The position numbers and the translations under genes are program-made. A model generated the notes under the pieces. The model was not told the origin of the DNA, ran no database searches, and saw nothing but the letters and a program-made list of their open reading frames with translations. This document shows positions 1 through 9,128 of a stretch of 22,158 nucleotides of DNA, in pieces (the stretch's first letter is position 1; each line of letters begins with the position of its first letter). Source of the stretch: Candidatus Heimdallarchaeota archaeon (GTDB lineage Archaea > Asgardarchaeota > Heimdallarchaeia > Heimdallarchaeales > Heimdallarchaeaceae). The DNA lies in contig JAEOSZ010000033.1 in NCBI GenBank assembly GCA_016840095.1, positions 1 to 22,158 of the forward strand, written 5' to 3'.

Positions 1-2
1 AA

Positions 3-89
3 GAAGTGAAAAAACCTCCTAAGAATATTATTACTTGGATGCTCAAAAGAGCTTTCAATAGAGGAATAAACATATTGAAATTATTTTAG
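3..89 (+). CDS. Probable 3' end of an upstream gene (partial, unknown product)
   Basis: Frame open from the window edge (EVKKPPKNIITWMLKRAFNRGINILKLF*), stop TAG at 87-89, followed by an AT-rich intergenic region. Too short to assign. Confidence 0.35.
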   Translation, partial: EVKKPPKNIITWMLKRAFNRGINILKLF

Positions 90-276
90 CTTAGTTCTAT
101 CTATAAATTAGAGAAAATTCATTCTCGCCTTTGAAATAGACTAGATTTTTCTTTTTACCTTAAATATGTGTGAAAAATGCGTTTTATTGTCTCTGATTCT
201 AATGATTAAAATATTGTAAAAATACTTAATAATATTGATTCTTTAAGCTTTAGCTAGTTGAAGAAGAGGAGATAAA

Positions 277-2079
277 ATGAAAAAAAGATGGTTTTCTTTT
301 GTTGTTTTTGTAACGATTATTCTTTCACCTATTCTAGTTACAGGTCAAGAAACCGAAGTGCCATTCATTTTCCAAATGGTACTTCTATCTCCTAATACTA
401 ATTATGAAAGAAATCAATATTCAATTCTTATTCAAAATACATTACCGAAAGTTGGGATTGGAGTCCGTTTTCATGAATCAACTACATGGGAAAATATTGC
501 AATACGAACGTGGCAATACCCCTTGAAGAACTATGATTATATTCCTGTTTACATGGAAGGAGGTTTTGATGCACTTTTTATGAGTTGGTCTTGTGATTTA
601 GACTGGGATCCATCAGGAGTTTTCAATTGTGATTCTATTAGTTGTCTTCTCCAAGGGAAGAATTATTATCAATTTGCAAATCCTGCTTATGATTCAAAGC
701 TTCAGCAGTATCTTACAGAATTTGATCCTATTAAAAGAGAAGAGTATGCTCATGAATTACAAGCCATACTATACCATGATTTGCCATCAATCTGTATTGT
801 GTATCCTAGAATGCTTTATGGTTTTAGAGAAAATGTATCTGGCATTGATAGCCAACTACTTTCAATCTTTAAACATAGAACTGAAAACTGGATGGACAGT
901 GAAGATAATATCATTAACTATGCCATACCAGAAGAATTGAATGCATATAGTGCTTTTAGTCAATTTTCCACTTTTGACAACTTATGGATGTCATCATTAT
1001 ATGGTTGTCTTCTACATAGAAGCCAGTTTTCCTATGAATGGGAACCTGTTATTGCTACAAATTACAGTTTAAGTTCTGATAGAAAAAACTATACAGTAAT
1101 ACTTGATCCCAATGCTAAATTTAGTGATGGTTCTGCTGTTTTAGCTGAAGATGTGAAATACAGTTATGAACTCCATATGACTCCTACAATTAACTCAAGG
1201 CATTATAAGTTTCTAAGAAAATGGTTAGATTCAAATAATTCTATTGAGATTGTAGATACTCATACTTTGAACTTTAATTTAACATCATTCTCTCCTTTTT
1301 CAAAGAGTATATTGTCTATGGGGATAGTCGATAAGAGTAGTATTGAGCCTGCAATAAGTACATATGGATATTCAATCTTTGATGAAACTCCTCTTACTGG
1401 AAATGTAACTGACATACTTGTAAAATCGTGTGGTCCATTTATTCTAAGTACTTATACTAATACTGTAGTCAGTCTTCAACCGAATCCTTACTGGTTAGCT
1501 TTGAATTACTCAAAAGGCATTAATCCTTTTCTTGATGAATTGATATTTAGATGTATACCATCAATGGATGAAGCTTTTACTGGTCTTCTTTCAGGTACTG
1601 TGGACGTTTTCGATGGACACTATGGTTTTGGGTATATTTCTGCTCTTGAAGATCTTGCAGATATTCGAGGAGAAATTGTAAAAGACCTAGAATATCAAGA
1701 ACTAGGCTTTAATTTAAAGCACCCAATTTTTGGAACTGGAGAACTAACTCCTAAAGGAACTCCAGCTGCTGCTCTGGACATGCGCACAGCTATTAGTCAT
1801 GCTATTCCAAGAAGGAAAATTGTTCATGAAATTTATGAAGGATTAGCTGCAGAAGGTTCTGTTCCGATGTCAGATGGTTGTATTGGTTTTGATGACTCAT
1901 TAGAACCTTATGCTTATGATTTAGATTTAGCTATTGAATATACTGAAGATGCAGGATATACAGTGTTAGTAACTTGCTGCGCGACTGAACCCGTTATTGG
2001 ATTTACATTGATTATCTTTACAGTTTCTCTCGTTTGCTTAACATCCTATAATTATGTGAGAAAGAGATTCTTGAAGTAA
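277..2079 (+). CDS. ABC transporter substrate-binding protein, family 5 (peptide/nickel-like), circularly permuted, with signal peptide and C-terminal membrane anchor
   Basis: Signal peptide MKKRWFSFVVFVTIILSP. SBP5 motifs EPVIATNYSLSSDRKNYTVILDPNAKFSDGSAVLAEDVKYSYE, SCGPF, PNPYW, LGFNLKHP, MRTAISHAI and NYYQFANPAYD...DPIKREE. C-terminal hydrophobic helix plus RKR. GAGGAG Shine-Dalgarno upstream. Confidence 0.88.
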   Translation: MKKRWFSFVVFVTIILSPILVTGQETEVPFIFQMVLLSPNTNYERNQYSILIQNTLPKVGIGVRFHESTTWENIAIRTWQYPLKNYDYIPVYMEGGFDALFMSWSCDLDWDPSGVFNCDSISCLLQGKNYYQFANPAYDSKLQQYLTEFDPIKREEYAHELQAILYHDLPSICIVYPRMLYGFRENVSGIDSQLLSIFKHRTENWMDSEDNIINYAIPEELNAYSAFSQFSTFDNLWMSSLYGCLLHRSQFSYEWEPVIATNYSLSSDRKNYTVILDPNAKFSDGSAVLAEDVKYSYELHMTPTINSRHYKFLRKWLDSNNSIEIVDTHTLNFNLTSFSPFSKSILSMGIVDKSSIEPAISTYGYSIFDETPLTGNVTDILVKSCGPFILSTYTNTVVSLQPNPYWLALNYSKGINPFLDELIFRCIPSMDEAFTGLLSGTVDVFDGHYGFGYISALEDLADIRGEIVKDLEYQELGFNLKHPIFGTGELTPKGTPAAALDMRTAISHAIPRRKIVHEIYEGLAAEGSVPMSDGCIGFDDSLEPYAYDLDLAIEYTEDAGYTVLVTCCATEPVIGFTLIIFTVSLVCLTSYNYVRKRFLK

Positions 2080-2133
2080 ATGAAGTTGGTTAGAAGAGCT
2101 ATACTCATAAGGGAAACTTGTGTTGCTTTTTCA

Positions 2134-2751
2134 ATGATAAATCTAAATGAGTTATCCAATTATTTCTTCCTTTCTTACATGCTCTTCTATATTTTAATTC
2201 ATTTTCCATTCGATATTTATATGTTAATTAAGAAGGATAAAGCCTCTTATCCTACTCCTAGCTTTGAATCACTTTTAGAAGGCTTGTCAGTTGTTTTAAC
2301 TTCTTTCATTTTCTGGTTTTACTTATTGTTTAGTCCAACAGTTGTATTAAGTTCTGGTAAAAATATCTTTGTTCTTGAAAACATCCCTTATGAAATTCAA
2401 TTTCCACTCATTTTAGTTGGAATCATAATAATGTCAATAGGTTTGATTGTAGGATGTTTAGGAAGAATAGGAAGAGGAGCATATTTGGCTAGAGGAGAAG
2501 CTAAACTTTCTGCTAATTGGGGTCATGCTCTTGTTCGACATCCATCTTATTTCTTGTACATTACTGGTTTTATTGGGTTACCTTTTGCAGCTTTTTCTCC
2601 TTATCTTTTCGTTCTTCTATTAGGCATACCAGGATACATAATTACAGCGAAAAATGAGGAAAAGGTACTCTTAGAAAAATTTGGGAAAGAATATGAAGAT
2701 TACATGAAAGAAGTAGGCAGATTTTTCATAAAAATAAGAAAAGAAAAATGA
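2134..2751 (+). CDS. Isoprenylcysteine carboxyl methyltransferase (ICMT/Ste14/PEMT) family membrane methyltransferase
   Basis: Multiple TM segments, VRHPSY motif and C-terminal EEKVLLEKFGKEYEDYMKEVGRF signature. The ORF track starts at 2080; the ATG at 2134 is an alternative, probably more likely start. Confidence 0.85.
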   Translation: MINLNELSNYFFLSYMLFYILIHFPFDIYMLIKKDKASYPTPSFESLLEGLSVVLTSFIFWFYLLFSPTVVLSSGKNIFVLENIPYEIQFPLILVGIIIMSIGLIVGCLGRIGRGAYLARGEAKLSANWGHALVRHPSYFLYITGFIGLPFAAFSPYLFVLLLGIPGYIITAKNEEKVLLEKFGKEYEDYMKEVGRFFIKIRKEK

Positions 2752-2752
2752 A

Positions 2753-4111
2753 CTATTTGAAGGGCCATTTCTCCAGAAGCTTCAATTGATCTTCTAATTT
2801 AGCATCTCTCAAGATTTTAATTATATCATTTTCTTTAAGCTTCTTTGGCATTTCTTCTAAATTGCTAAAAACATCAATCAATACAAATGCGAATGCTAGA
2901 GAAAGCTTTGCATCAAGTCTTGTTATTTTATCAAAAGTATCTGCAGAAGTGTGTCCATATCCCCTGCCAACTCTAGGATCTGGTTTTTCACCAAAAATAC
3001 ATACATTGGGAATTCCTTTCAGAAAGAAGGGATAATTATCACTTGCTGTTACAATGGATTTAGAAACTCTTGGATCGTATAGCATCTGGGATTTCAAGGA
3101 ATTCATAAGAATAAATAATTCCTCAATTCCACTACAAGTGATGTGTTTAGGAATATGACCAACAAGTCCGTCAAAGTTTATCATTGCTACGACATCTGAG
3201 AGGTCTACATTGTTTGCATATATTGTTGATCCTACTACTCCAAATTCTTCAACCGCAAAAGCTATGAATCTTAATGTTCTTTTTGGAACATAATTGAATC
3301 TTTTATACAACTTCGCAAGTTCTAGAATGGTTGCTATTGAAGCTGCATTGTCAACAGCTCCTTGAGCTATATCATGACCATCATAGTGACCACCAATGAC
3401 AATCACTTCATCTTCAATCTCTCCTGGAATTTCCCAGATAATATGTTTTGAAGTCAATTTGGGAGTTTCATTTGTAACCTTTACTTTGCAGTTAACTATC
3501 TCTTCTTGAGCTATCATCTCTTTAACTAGCTCATACGTTTCTTTTGAAATTCCTATAGCAGGGATTTCACCTATCCTGTTGGATCTAACAGAACCAGTTG
3601 GAAATAATTGACCTGGATTATGGTTGGCAAATACAAACACTTTAGCACCAAAATCTACTGCGTTAGCATACTTTATTCTCCTGTGTAGCCATCCTTCTTC
3701 AGTATCTCCCGAATTAATCATTACGATTTTACCAGGAATGGAATCATCAATTCGTTTTAACTCAGTTTCAGACCCACCTCCGCCATCAATGATTGTACCT
3801 TCTATTGTTTCTCCATTTGTTGAAGGAGCAAGAACCAGGGATATAGCTGGAAATTCTTGTTTTATTTTACTGCTTTCTATTTCAAAGTAGCAATCTCCCC
3901 TAATCCATCCTTGATACTCAAATTCATAATCATATACTTTGACACCATACGATTTCAAGAAATGGACCATATATTCCTGAGCTTCTTTTTCGCTTTCAGT
4001 TCCTGAAAATCTACTCCCAATTAAGCATAAATCTTTGATTCTTTCATAAATGACATCTTCAGAAAAGATTCTACCAAGAATTCTCTCATTAACCTCTGAA
4101 ACTTCATCCAT
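2753..4111 (-). CDS. M28 family metallopeptidase (aminopeptidase) with PA domain
   Basis: R-x-x-G-T at N-terminus, PA insert (GKIVMI...KYANAVDFGAKVFVFAN...IPAIGIS), Zn ligand motifs GGHYDG, GAVDNAAS, AVEEFG, MINFD, SDNYPF and HTSADT. Confidence 0.9.
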   Translation of the reverse strand: MDEVSEVNERILGRIFSEDVIYERIKDLCLIGSRFSGTESEKEAQEYMVHFLKSYGVKVYDYEFEYQGWIRGDCYFEIESSKIKQEFPAISLVLAPSTNGETIEGTIIDGGGGSETELKRIDDSIPGKIVMINSGDTEEGWLHRRIKYANAVDFGAKVFVFANHNPGQLFPTGSVRSNRIGEIPAIGISKETYELVKEMIAQEEIVNCKVKVTNETPKLTSKHIIWEIPGEIEDEVIVIGGHYDGHDIAQGAVDNAASIATILELAKLYKRFNYVPKRTLRFIAFAVEEFGVVGSTIYANNVDLSDVVAMINFDGLVGHIPKHITCSGIEELFILMNSLKSQMLYDPRVSKSIVTASDNYPFFLKGIPNVCIFGEKPDPRVGRGYGHTSADTFDKITRLDAKLSLAFAFVLIDVFSNLEEMPKKLKENDIIKILRDAKLEDQLKLLEKWPFK

Positions 4112-4141
4112 AATATAGAATAAAACATAGAGTTTTTAATT

Positions 4142-4405
4142 TTAACTCCCCGATATCAAAAATTGATCCATTTGTCTTCGTAAGAATGCTTCATCAACAC
4201 TACCTATAATCCTTTGATTATTTGGTAGAACTATTGTAGGAACAGCTACTACATGATATTCAGCAGCTTTCTCTGTGTTTTCTGTTACATCAATTACTTC
4301 AAGAGTTAATAGTTCTTTATCAGCAATAATATTTCTTAGAACGCCTTCTAAATATGGGCACCAGCTGCAAGTTGGGCTTGTAAAGAATATTATTTGCAAT
4401 CTCAT
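4142..4405 (-). CDS. Thioredoxin-fold protein with CxxC (KaiB-like C-terminal half)
   Basis: FTSPTCSWCP active site, AVPT cis-proline motif, EVIDVTEN...RIIG. Directly downstream of the KaiC-like gene. Start is GTG 4414 or ATG 4405. Confidence 0.85.
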   Translation of the reverse strand: MRLQIIFFTSPTCSWCPYLEGVLRNIIADKELLTLEVIDVTENTEKAAEYHVVAVPTIVLPNNQRIIGSVDEAFLRRQMDQFLISGS

Positions 4406-4414
4406 ATTATTCAC

Positions 4415-5821
4415 TCAATCAAGTATATCTATTAATGGCATTTTATCTTTAAATTTGACAACTTTAGGTAAGAATGTAGCACCTGTTGAACTTTTCAAGC
4501 ATTCAATGTATGTGGTGTAATCTAACCTTGAGAATCGAATAATAGTATCTGCTGTGTTGCGTAATCTTGCTAGCATTTCACGACTTATTGCATTAAAATT
4601 AATGAAGGAATAGCCAATAGCACTTTGTTCTTTGATGTTAAAAGATTGGAGAGCAAAGTATCTAAGGAAATTCGATTCAGTTAGAATATTAGCATCATCG
4701 GTTAAGTCTCCAAACAGAGTTACTTTTTGTTCTGATTTTCTAAATGCTTCCATCAGTTCTACTGTAACAGATATCATATCATCTGTTGTCATCAATTGAC
4801 TCATTTCTCTAGCTTCAACTTCTGTAACTGATCGGTTATATTTGTCTATGAAAATGATATTGCCTTCATTCAAATGTGGAGAGATATCACATTCTACTCT
4901 CTTGAACTCCTCAACTATTCGATTTGAATACATATGGACATTTGAATGTATGATAACTCCTTTGTTTTTCTCTAGATTACAACACATTATCTGTAAAAAC
5001 AATGGAAAATAGTTCGTTTCTCCATCTGTTTCTATTAATACTACACTACCTGAAGGTATTCCTCCTCCTAGCATTTCATCTAGCTTCTCAACACCTATTT
5101 TTTCCTCTTGAATTATAGACATAGGAGGTTGCTCAGATCGGAGTATTGATATTCCTTCACGATTGATTATGAATCTGTTCTCAAAGTTAATTGGTTTAGC
5201 TGATCTTAGTTTTGGAATAGAAATCCGTTTCACAAGTTGATTGTTTTTCAATTCAGTTCTGATTTTGATAACTCCATCTACTAGATATTCCTCAACAGTT
5301 GAATATTCTTCACTCATTTGGGATTCAGCTGTTAGTATGAGAACTGCATCGTTATCTGTTATCTCTCTGATGAAATCCATAAAATTACTTCTTGCAGTTT
5401 TTTCATGTAGAAACTCTGCAAAGAAAGCAGATATTGAATCGAAAATAACTAATTTTGCTTGTATTTTATCCATCTTGCTTTTTGTTCTTGCTATTATAGC
5501 TGATAAATCAAATTTATCAGTTTGAACTAAACTAGTTCCTTTAGGTTTTAGAGACATTTTTTCGAAAACTAATAGTCCCTTCTCCATGTAGGATTGTAAG
5601 TTCATATTGAATGAGTCTCCATAGATTATTAGTTTCTCTGGATCTACTTCTGTAGAAATGAATAAAACAGGTATATCTTTTTGTAGAGCTCCCATGGTCA
5701 TATTTAATGATAGAACAGTTTTTCCAGAACCAGCAGATCCTTTAATAGCATAGCAAAATCCTGTTCTTAAACCACCATCAATCATCTTATCGAGCTCATC
5801 AATCCCAGTTGAGATTATCAT
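4415..5821 (-). CDS. KaiC/RAD55-family RecA-type ATPase with two domains, second domain degenerate
   Basis: Domain 1: STGIDELDKMIDGG, Walker A GSAGSGKT, ISTE, Walker B LVIFDS, VEEYLVDGVI, PKLR finger. Domain 2 starts IGVEKLDEMLGGGIPSGSVVLI but the P-loop is replaced by ETDGETNY. Confidence 0.9.
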   Translation of the reverse strand: MIISTGIDELDKMIDGGLRTGFCYAIKGSAGSGKTVLSLNMTMGALQKDIPVLFISTEVDPEKLIIYGDSFNMNLQSYMEKGLLVFEKMSLKPKGTSLVQTDKFDLSAIIARTKSKMDKIQAKLVIFDSISAFFAEFLHEKTARSNFMDFIREITDNDAVLILTAESQMSEEYSTVEEYLVDGVIKIRTELKNNQLVKRISIPKLRSAKPINFENRFIINREGISILRSEQPPMSIIQEEKIGVEKLDEMLGGGIPSGSVVLIETDGETNYFPLFLQIMCCNLEKNKGVIIHSNVHMYSNRIVEEFKRVECDISPHLNEGNIIFIDKYNRSVTEVEAREMSQLMTTDDMISVTVELMEAFRKSEQKVTLFGDLTDDANILTESNFLRYFALQSFNIKEQSAIGYSFINFNAISREMLARLRNTADTIIRFSRLDYTTYIECLKSSTGATFLPKVVKFKDKMPLIDILD

Positions 5822-5901
5822 ACTCTTCAGTAAAGAAATTAACCAATCATCTATAAAATGATATTGAAGGCGGAAAACATATTCTTCTCAATCTCAATCT
5901 A

Positions 5902-5909
5902 TTTAAATA
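5902..5909 (+). promoter_or_regulatory. Putative archaeal TATA box for endA (leaderless spacing)
   Basis: TTTAAATA lies 23-30 nt upstream of ATG 5932 in the divergent kaiC-like/endA intergenic region, with no obvious SD. Confidence 0.4.
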
Positions 5910-5931
5910 ACAGAGTGAGTTTTAATCCATA

Positions 5932-6483
5932 ATGGCTCCGAAATATCAAGCTCAATTGATGGGTAGAAGAATTATTGTCTGGGATATTGATCAAGGTACG
6001 GAGCTATATTCTAACGGATTTTATGGGAAACCTATGGGTGTTCGAAAACCTAATCTAGGTGATGAATTTAGAGACCCCTCAGAGCTTTCAGCTTTTGAAG
6101 CATTGTATCTTCTTGAGAAAAAGAAGTTGTCAATTGTTAATGAGGATGGAGAGAATATTCCGAAAACTGATTTTTCTAAAAAATGTCAAGAGTTTTACAT
6201 GAACTTTGAAAGTAAGATGAATGTGTACAGATATTTACGAAATTTGGGATACATTGTTAGACCTGGATTAAAATTTGGTGTTGACTTTGCTGTATATATG
6301 AAAGGTCCTGGATTAGAACACAGTCCATATATGATTCAAATCATTGAAAAAGATGGAAAGATTGATCCAATTGAACTGGTTAGAGCTGGTAGGTTAGCAA
6401 CAACTGTTAGAAAGAATTTCGTATTAGCTTCGACAATTAAAAAGAAGTTGCACTTTTTTGTTTTCAATAGATATAAGCCTTAG
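5932..6483 (+). CDS. endA: tRNA-splicing (intron) endonuclease, catalytic subunit
   Basis: LSAFEALYL, VYRYLRNLGYIVRPGLKFGVDFAVY, GPGLEHSPY and RLATTVRK; the catalytic Tyr/His/Lys triad is present. Confidence 0.95.
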   Translation: MAPKYQAQLMGRRIIVWDIDQGTELYSNGFYGKPMGVRKPNLGDEFRDPSELSAFEALYLLEKKKLSIVNEDGENIPKTDFSKKCQEFYMNFESKMNVYRYLRNLGYIVRPGLKFGVDFAVYMKGPGLEHSPYMIQIIEKDGKIDPIELVRAGRLATTVRKNFVLASTIKKKLHFFVFNRYKP

Positions 6484-6525
6484 AAATCACCACAAAAGAT
6501 TAAAGGTAAAAAAAATATCCTTTAA

Positions 6526-7719
6526 ATGTTTATGAGTTCTCCAGCTGAATGGCACGTAGATTTACTAGAAATAGCTCAGAAGTGTGTTTATTGTGGTTAT
6601 TGTTCTTTATGTCCAACTTTCAAAGAACTTAAATGGGAAACTTACCATCCAAGAGGAATTTTAGAACAGATTAGGATGTATTTCTCAGAAGGCGTAAAGG
6701 AAGCAACTCAAGTTGAGGTTTCTAAAACACTTTTTGAAGCCATATTTGCTTGCACAATGTGTAAAGCATGCGAGAATATCTGTCTTGTTGATCTCCCTCT
6801 ACTCAAAGTTTGGGAACAAGTTAGACAAGAAGCTTTTCGTAAAGGAAGATGGAGTCCTCTTCTATTATCGCTATACAATAAAGTTAAGTCAACTCATAAT
6901 ATCTATGGTTTACCAACTGAAGATAGGTTAGCTTGGGCTGATTTAGCTGGAATGAATATGAGTAGAAGAACAAAGAAGAAAGCCAAAATAGCATATTTTG
7001 TAGGGTGTCAGGCTTCATATTCAGGAAAAATGGGTAACGTAGCTCCAAGTGTGGTGAAAATTCTTAGAAAAACAAGAGTAGATTTTACTATTTTAGGTTT
7101 AGATGAATGGTGTTGTGGATCTCCTGTTTTTCTAGCAGGTGGATATTCAGCTGGAAGAGATTTTGCAAAACATAATCTTGATCAACTTAAGGAATTAGGT
7201 ATTGAAAGAATTGTTACGGCTTGTTCAGGTTGTTATAGAGCTTTCAAAATAGTTTATCCCAGAATTCTAGGTAATAAATGGGATATTGAAGTCCTTCATA
7301 TTACTGAGCTAGCTGAAGAACTGATCAAGAGTGGCAAACTCAAACTTAAGCATAGTATCAAAGAGAAGATTACATTCAAAGATCCTTGTGAGCTTGTTAG
7401 GCATTGTGGTTTGGTTGAAGCTCCTAGAGACGTAATAAAACACATCCCCAATGTAAGATTTGAGGAACTGCCTTCGAATAAGCATGAAGCTCTCTGTTGT
7501 GGAGGTGGAGGGTTATTGAAGCTTAATGATTCAGAACTAGTGAATCAAGTAAATGCTCGTTTGATTTCAGAGATAAAGTATACAGAAGCAGAAATTGTTG
7601 CAAATGGTTGTCCAACATGCAAGGATACCATTCTAACTGGAGTGAAAAACGAGAAGTTAAACATTGAAATTTTAGATATTGCGGAGTTAATTGTTAGAGC
7701 AATGGAGGGAGAAAAATGA
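6526..7719 (+). CDS. Fe-S oxidoreductase, HdrD/GlcF family (two 4Fe-4S motifs plus two CCG domains)
   Basis: CVYCGYCSLCP and CTMCKACENIC ferredoxin motifs; YFVGC, WCCG, TACSGC, DPCEL, CCGGGG, GCPTC. Confidence 0.9.
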   Translation: MFMSSPAEWHVDLLEIAQKCVYCGYCSLCPTFKELKWETYHPRGILEQIRMYFSEGVKEATQVEVSKTLFEAIFACTMCKACENICLVDLPLLKVWEQVRQEAFRKGRWSPLLLSLYNKVKSTHNIYGLPTEDRLAWADLAGMNMSRRTKKKAKIAYFVGCQASYSGKMGNVAPSVVKILRKTRVDFTILGLDEWCCGSPVFLAGGYSAGRDFAKHNLDQLKELGIERIVTACSGCYRAFKIVYPRILGNKWDIEVLHITELAEELIKSGKLKLKHSIKEKITFKDPCELVRHCGLVEAPRDVIKHIPNVRFEELPSNKHEALCCGGGGLLKLNDSELVNQVNARLISEIKYTEAEIVANGCPTCKDTILTGVKNEKLNIEILDIAELIVRAMEGEK

Positions 7720-9128
7720 CTTTGAAGAAAACTACTAGGACTAGCTTTACCCGACATTTAGGTAAAAATTTCAAAGATGACTACACAACTTTGCAAGTTT
7801 ATTCTAGAGATATGGCAGATTTACCAAAGCAAGTCAAATTATTTATTGGCAATGTTCCGGATGGGGTTATACAAGTACGAACTAAAGAAGACATGCAGAA
7901 GATTTACCAGATAGCTAACGAAACAAAAGTACCAATTACACAGAGAAGTGGAGGAACTGCGGGTTTTGGTGGAAGCGTTCCATATAAGAAAGGAGTTGTA
8001 GTTGATACAAAAGGATTAGAACATCACTTCTTAGTTGATCCTTTAGAACTAACAGTTACTACTAATCCATCAGTAGTCTTTTCTGATTTACAAAGACAAT
8101 TGAATCTAGAAGGATTTTCTTTGTGTGCTTATCCATCTAGCTTTCATTCAGCTACTGTTGGAGGTTGGATAGCTCACGGTGGCCATGGTATTGGAAGTAT
8201 CCAATATGGAGGAGCTCTGGAGCAAATTGCTGCTTTAGAAGTAGTACTACCAACTGGAGAAATTAAGAGATATACAGAAGAAGATGATATTTCACTTTTT
8301 GTAGGATCACACGGTACTCTTGGAACTATAACAGAAGTTGCACTCAGATTGAAATTTGACATTCCTCTCAAACATCAAGGTTGTACTTTTGATTCACCAG
8401 CTGAATTACTTAATGGTCTGAAACATCTTGCTGAAATCAAACCATTTTCAATCTGGTTTCTTAATCCTGATCACGTTGCACTATTTAACGAACTCTTTGG
8501 ATACAATCTCCCTAGAAGTTATTTAGCTATAATTTCTAAAGAAGTTAGTTTTGAGGAAGAAGAGCAACAATTTAATACTCTCTTCAATAATGCTATCAGA
8601 TCTTCTGGAGGTCAGATATTAGATAGAAGGTATATCAAGGACATCTGGGATTTCAGATTTAAGGGATTTACATTAATAGGAGAAAGTCCTGATTACTTAG
8701 TTACAGAAGTTATTTTGCCAATTGAAACAAGTGAGAGGTACTTCAGAAAACTGATTTCAAAGTTTAGAGGAAAAATCCACTTAGAAGGAGAAATGATTTC
8801 ACCTACTCATTATGCACTATTAGTATATCTACTATTTGATGAGAAAATCTCAGATATTAAGAAAATGATACTATTCTTAAAACTCTACAAAGTAACTACT
8901 AAGAGATCTAAATCTAAGAGAACACCATATTCAACAGGTTTATGGTTTTCAGGTTATTACAGTTCGATATACGGAAAAGATCAGTATAAAAAATACTTAG
9001 AGTTCAAAAAGAAGGTTGATCCGAAAAATATTAGCAATCCCGGTAAGGTAATCTCACCAAAATTTAGATTCTTACCAATTATTAAACTAAAACCAATTGT
9101 AAAATTAGCAAGTAAGTTGATGTTATGA
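7716..9128 (+). CDS. FAD-binding oxidoreductase, GlcD/D-lactate dehydrogenase (FAD-PCMH) family
   Basis: PITQRSGGTAGFGGSVP, YPSSFHSATVGGWIA, LFVGSHGTLGTITEV, KKKVDPKNISNPGK. ATGA overlap with the upstream gene. Confidence 0.9.
   Translation: MTLKKTTRTSFTRHLGKNFKDDYTTLQVYSRDMADLPKQVKLFIGNVPDGVIQVRTKEDMQKIYQIANETKVPITQRSGGTAGFGGSVPYKKGVVVDTKGLEHHFLVDPLELTVTTNPSVVFSDLQRQLNLEGFSLCAYPSSFHSATVGGWIAHGGHGIGSIQYGGALEQIAALEVVLPTGEIKRYTEEDDISLFVGSHGTLGTITEVALRLKFDIPLKHQGCTFDSPAELLNGLKHLAEIKPFSIWFLNPDHVALFNELFGYNLPRSYLAIISKEVSFEEEEQQFNTLFNNAIRSSGGQILDRRYIKDIWDFRFKGFTLIGESPDYLVTEVILPIETSERYFRKLISKFRGKIHLEGEMISPTHYALLVYLLFDEKISDIKKMILFLKLYKVTTKRSKSKRTPYSTGLWFSGYYSSIYGKDQYKKYLEFKKKVDPKNISNPGKVISPKFRFLPIIKLKPIVKLASKLML

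Noticed and set aside
2080-2751. ICMT-family enzyme as a modifier of the nearby small GTPases
   Set aside because: Neither GTPase ends in a CaaX motif, the gene is 8 kb away, and the family is widespread in prokaryotes.
4142-5821. Bona fide circadian KaiABC clock
   Set aside because: No KaiA in the window, CII is inactive and the canonical phosphosites are absent.
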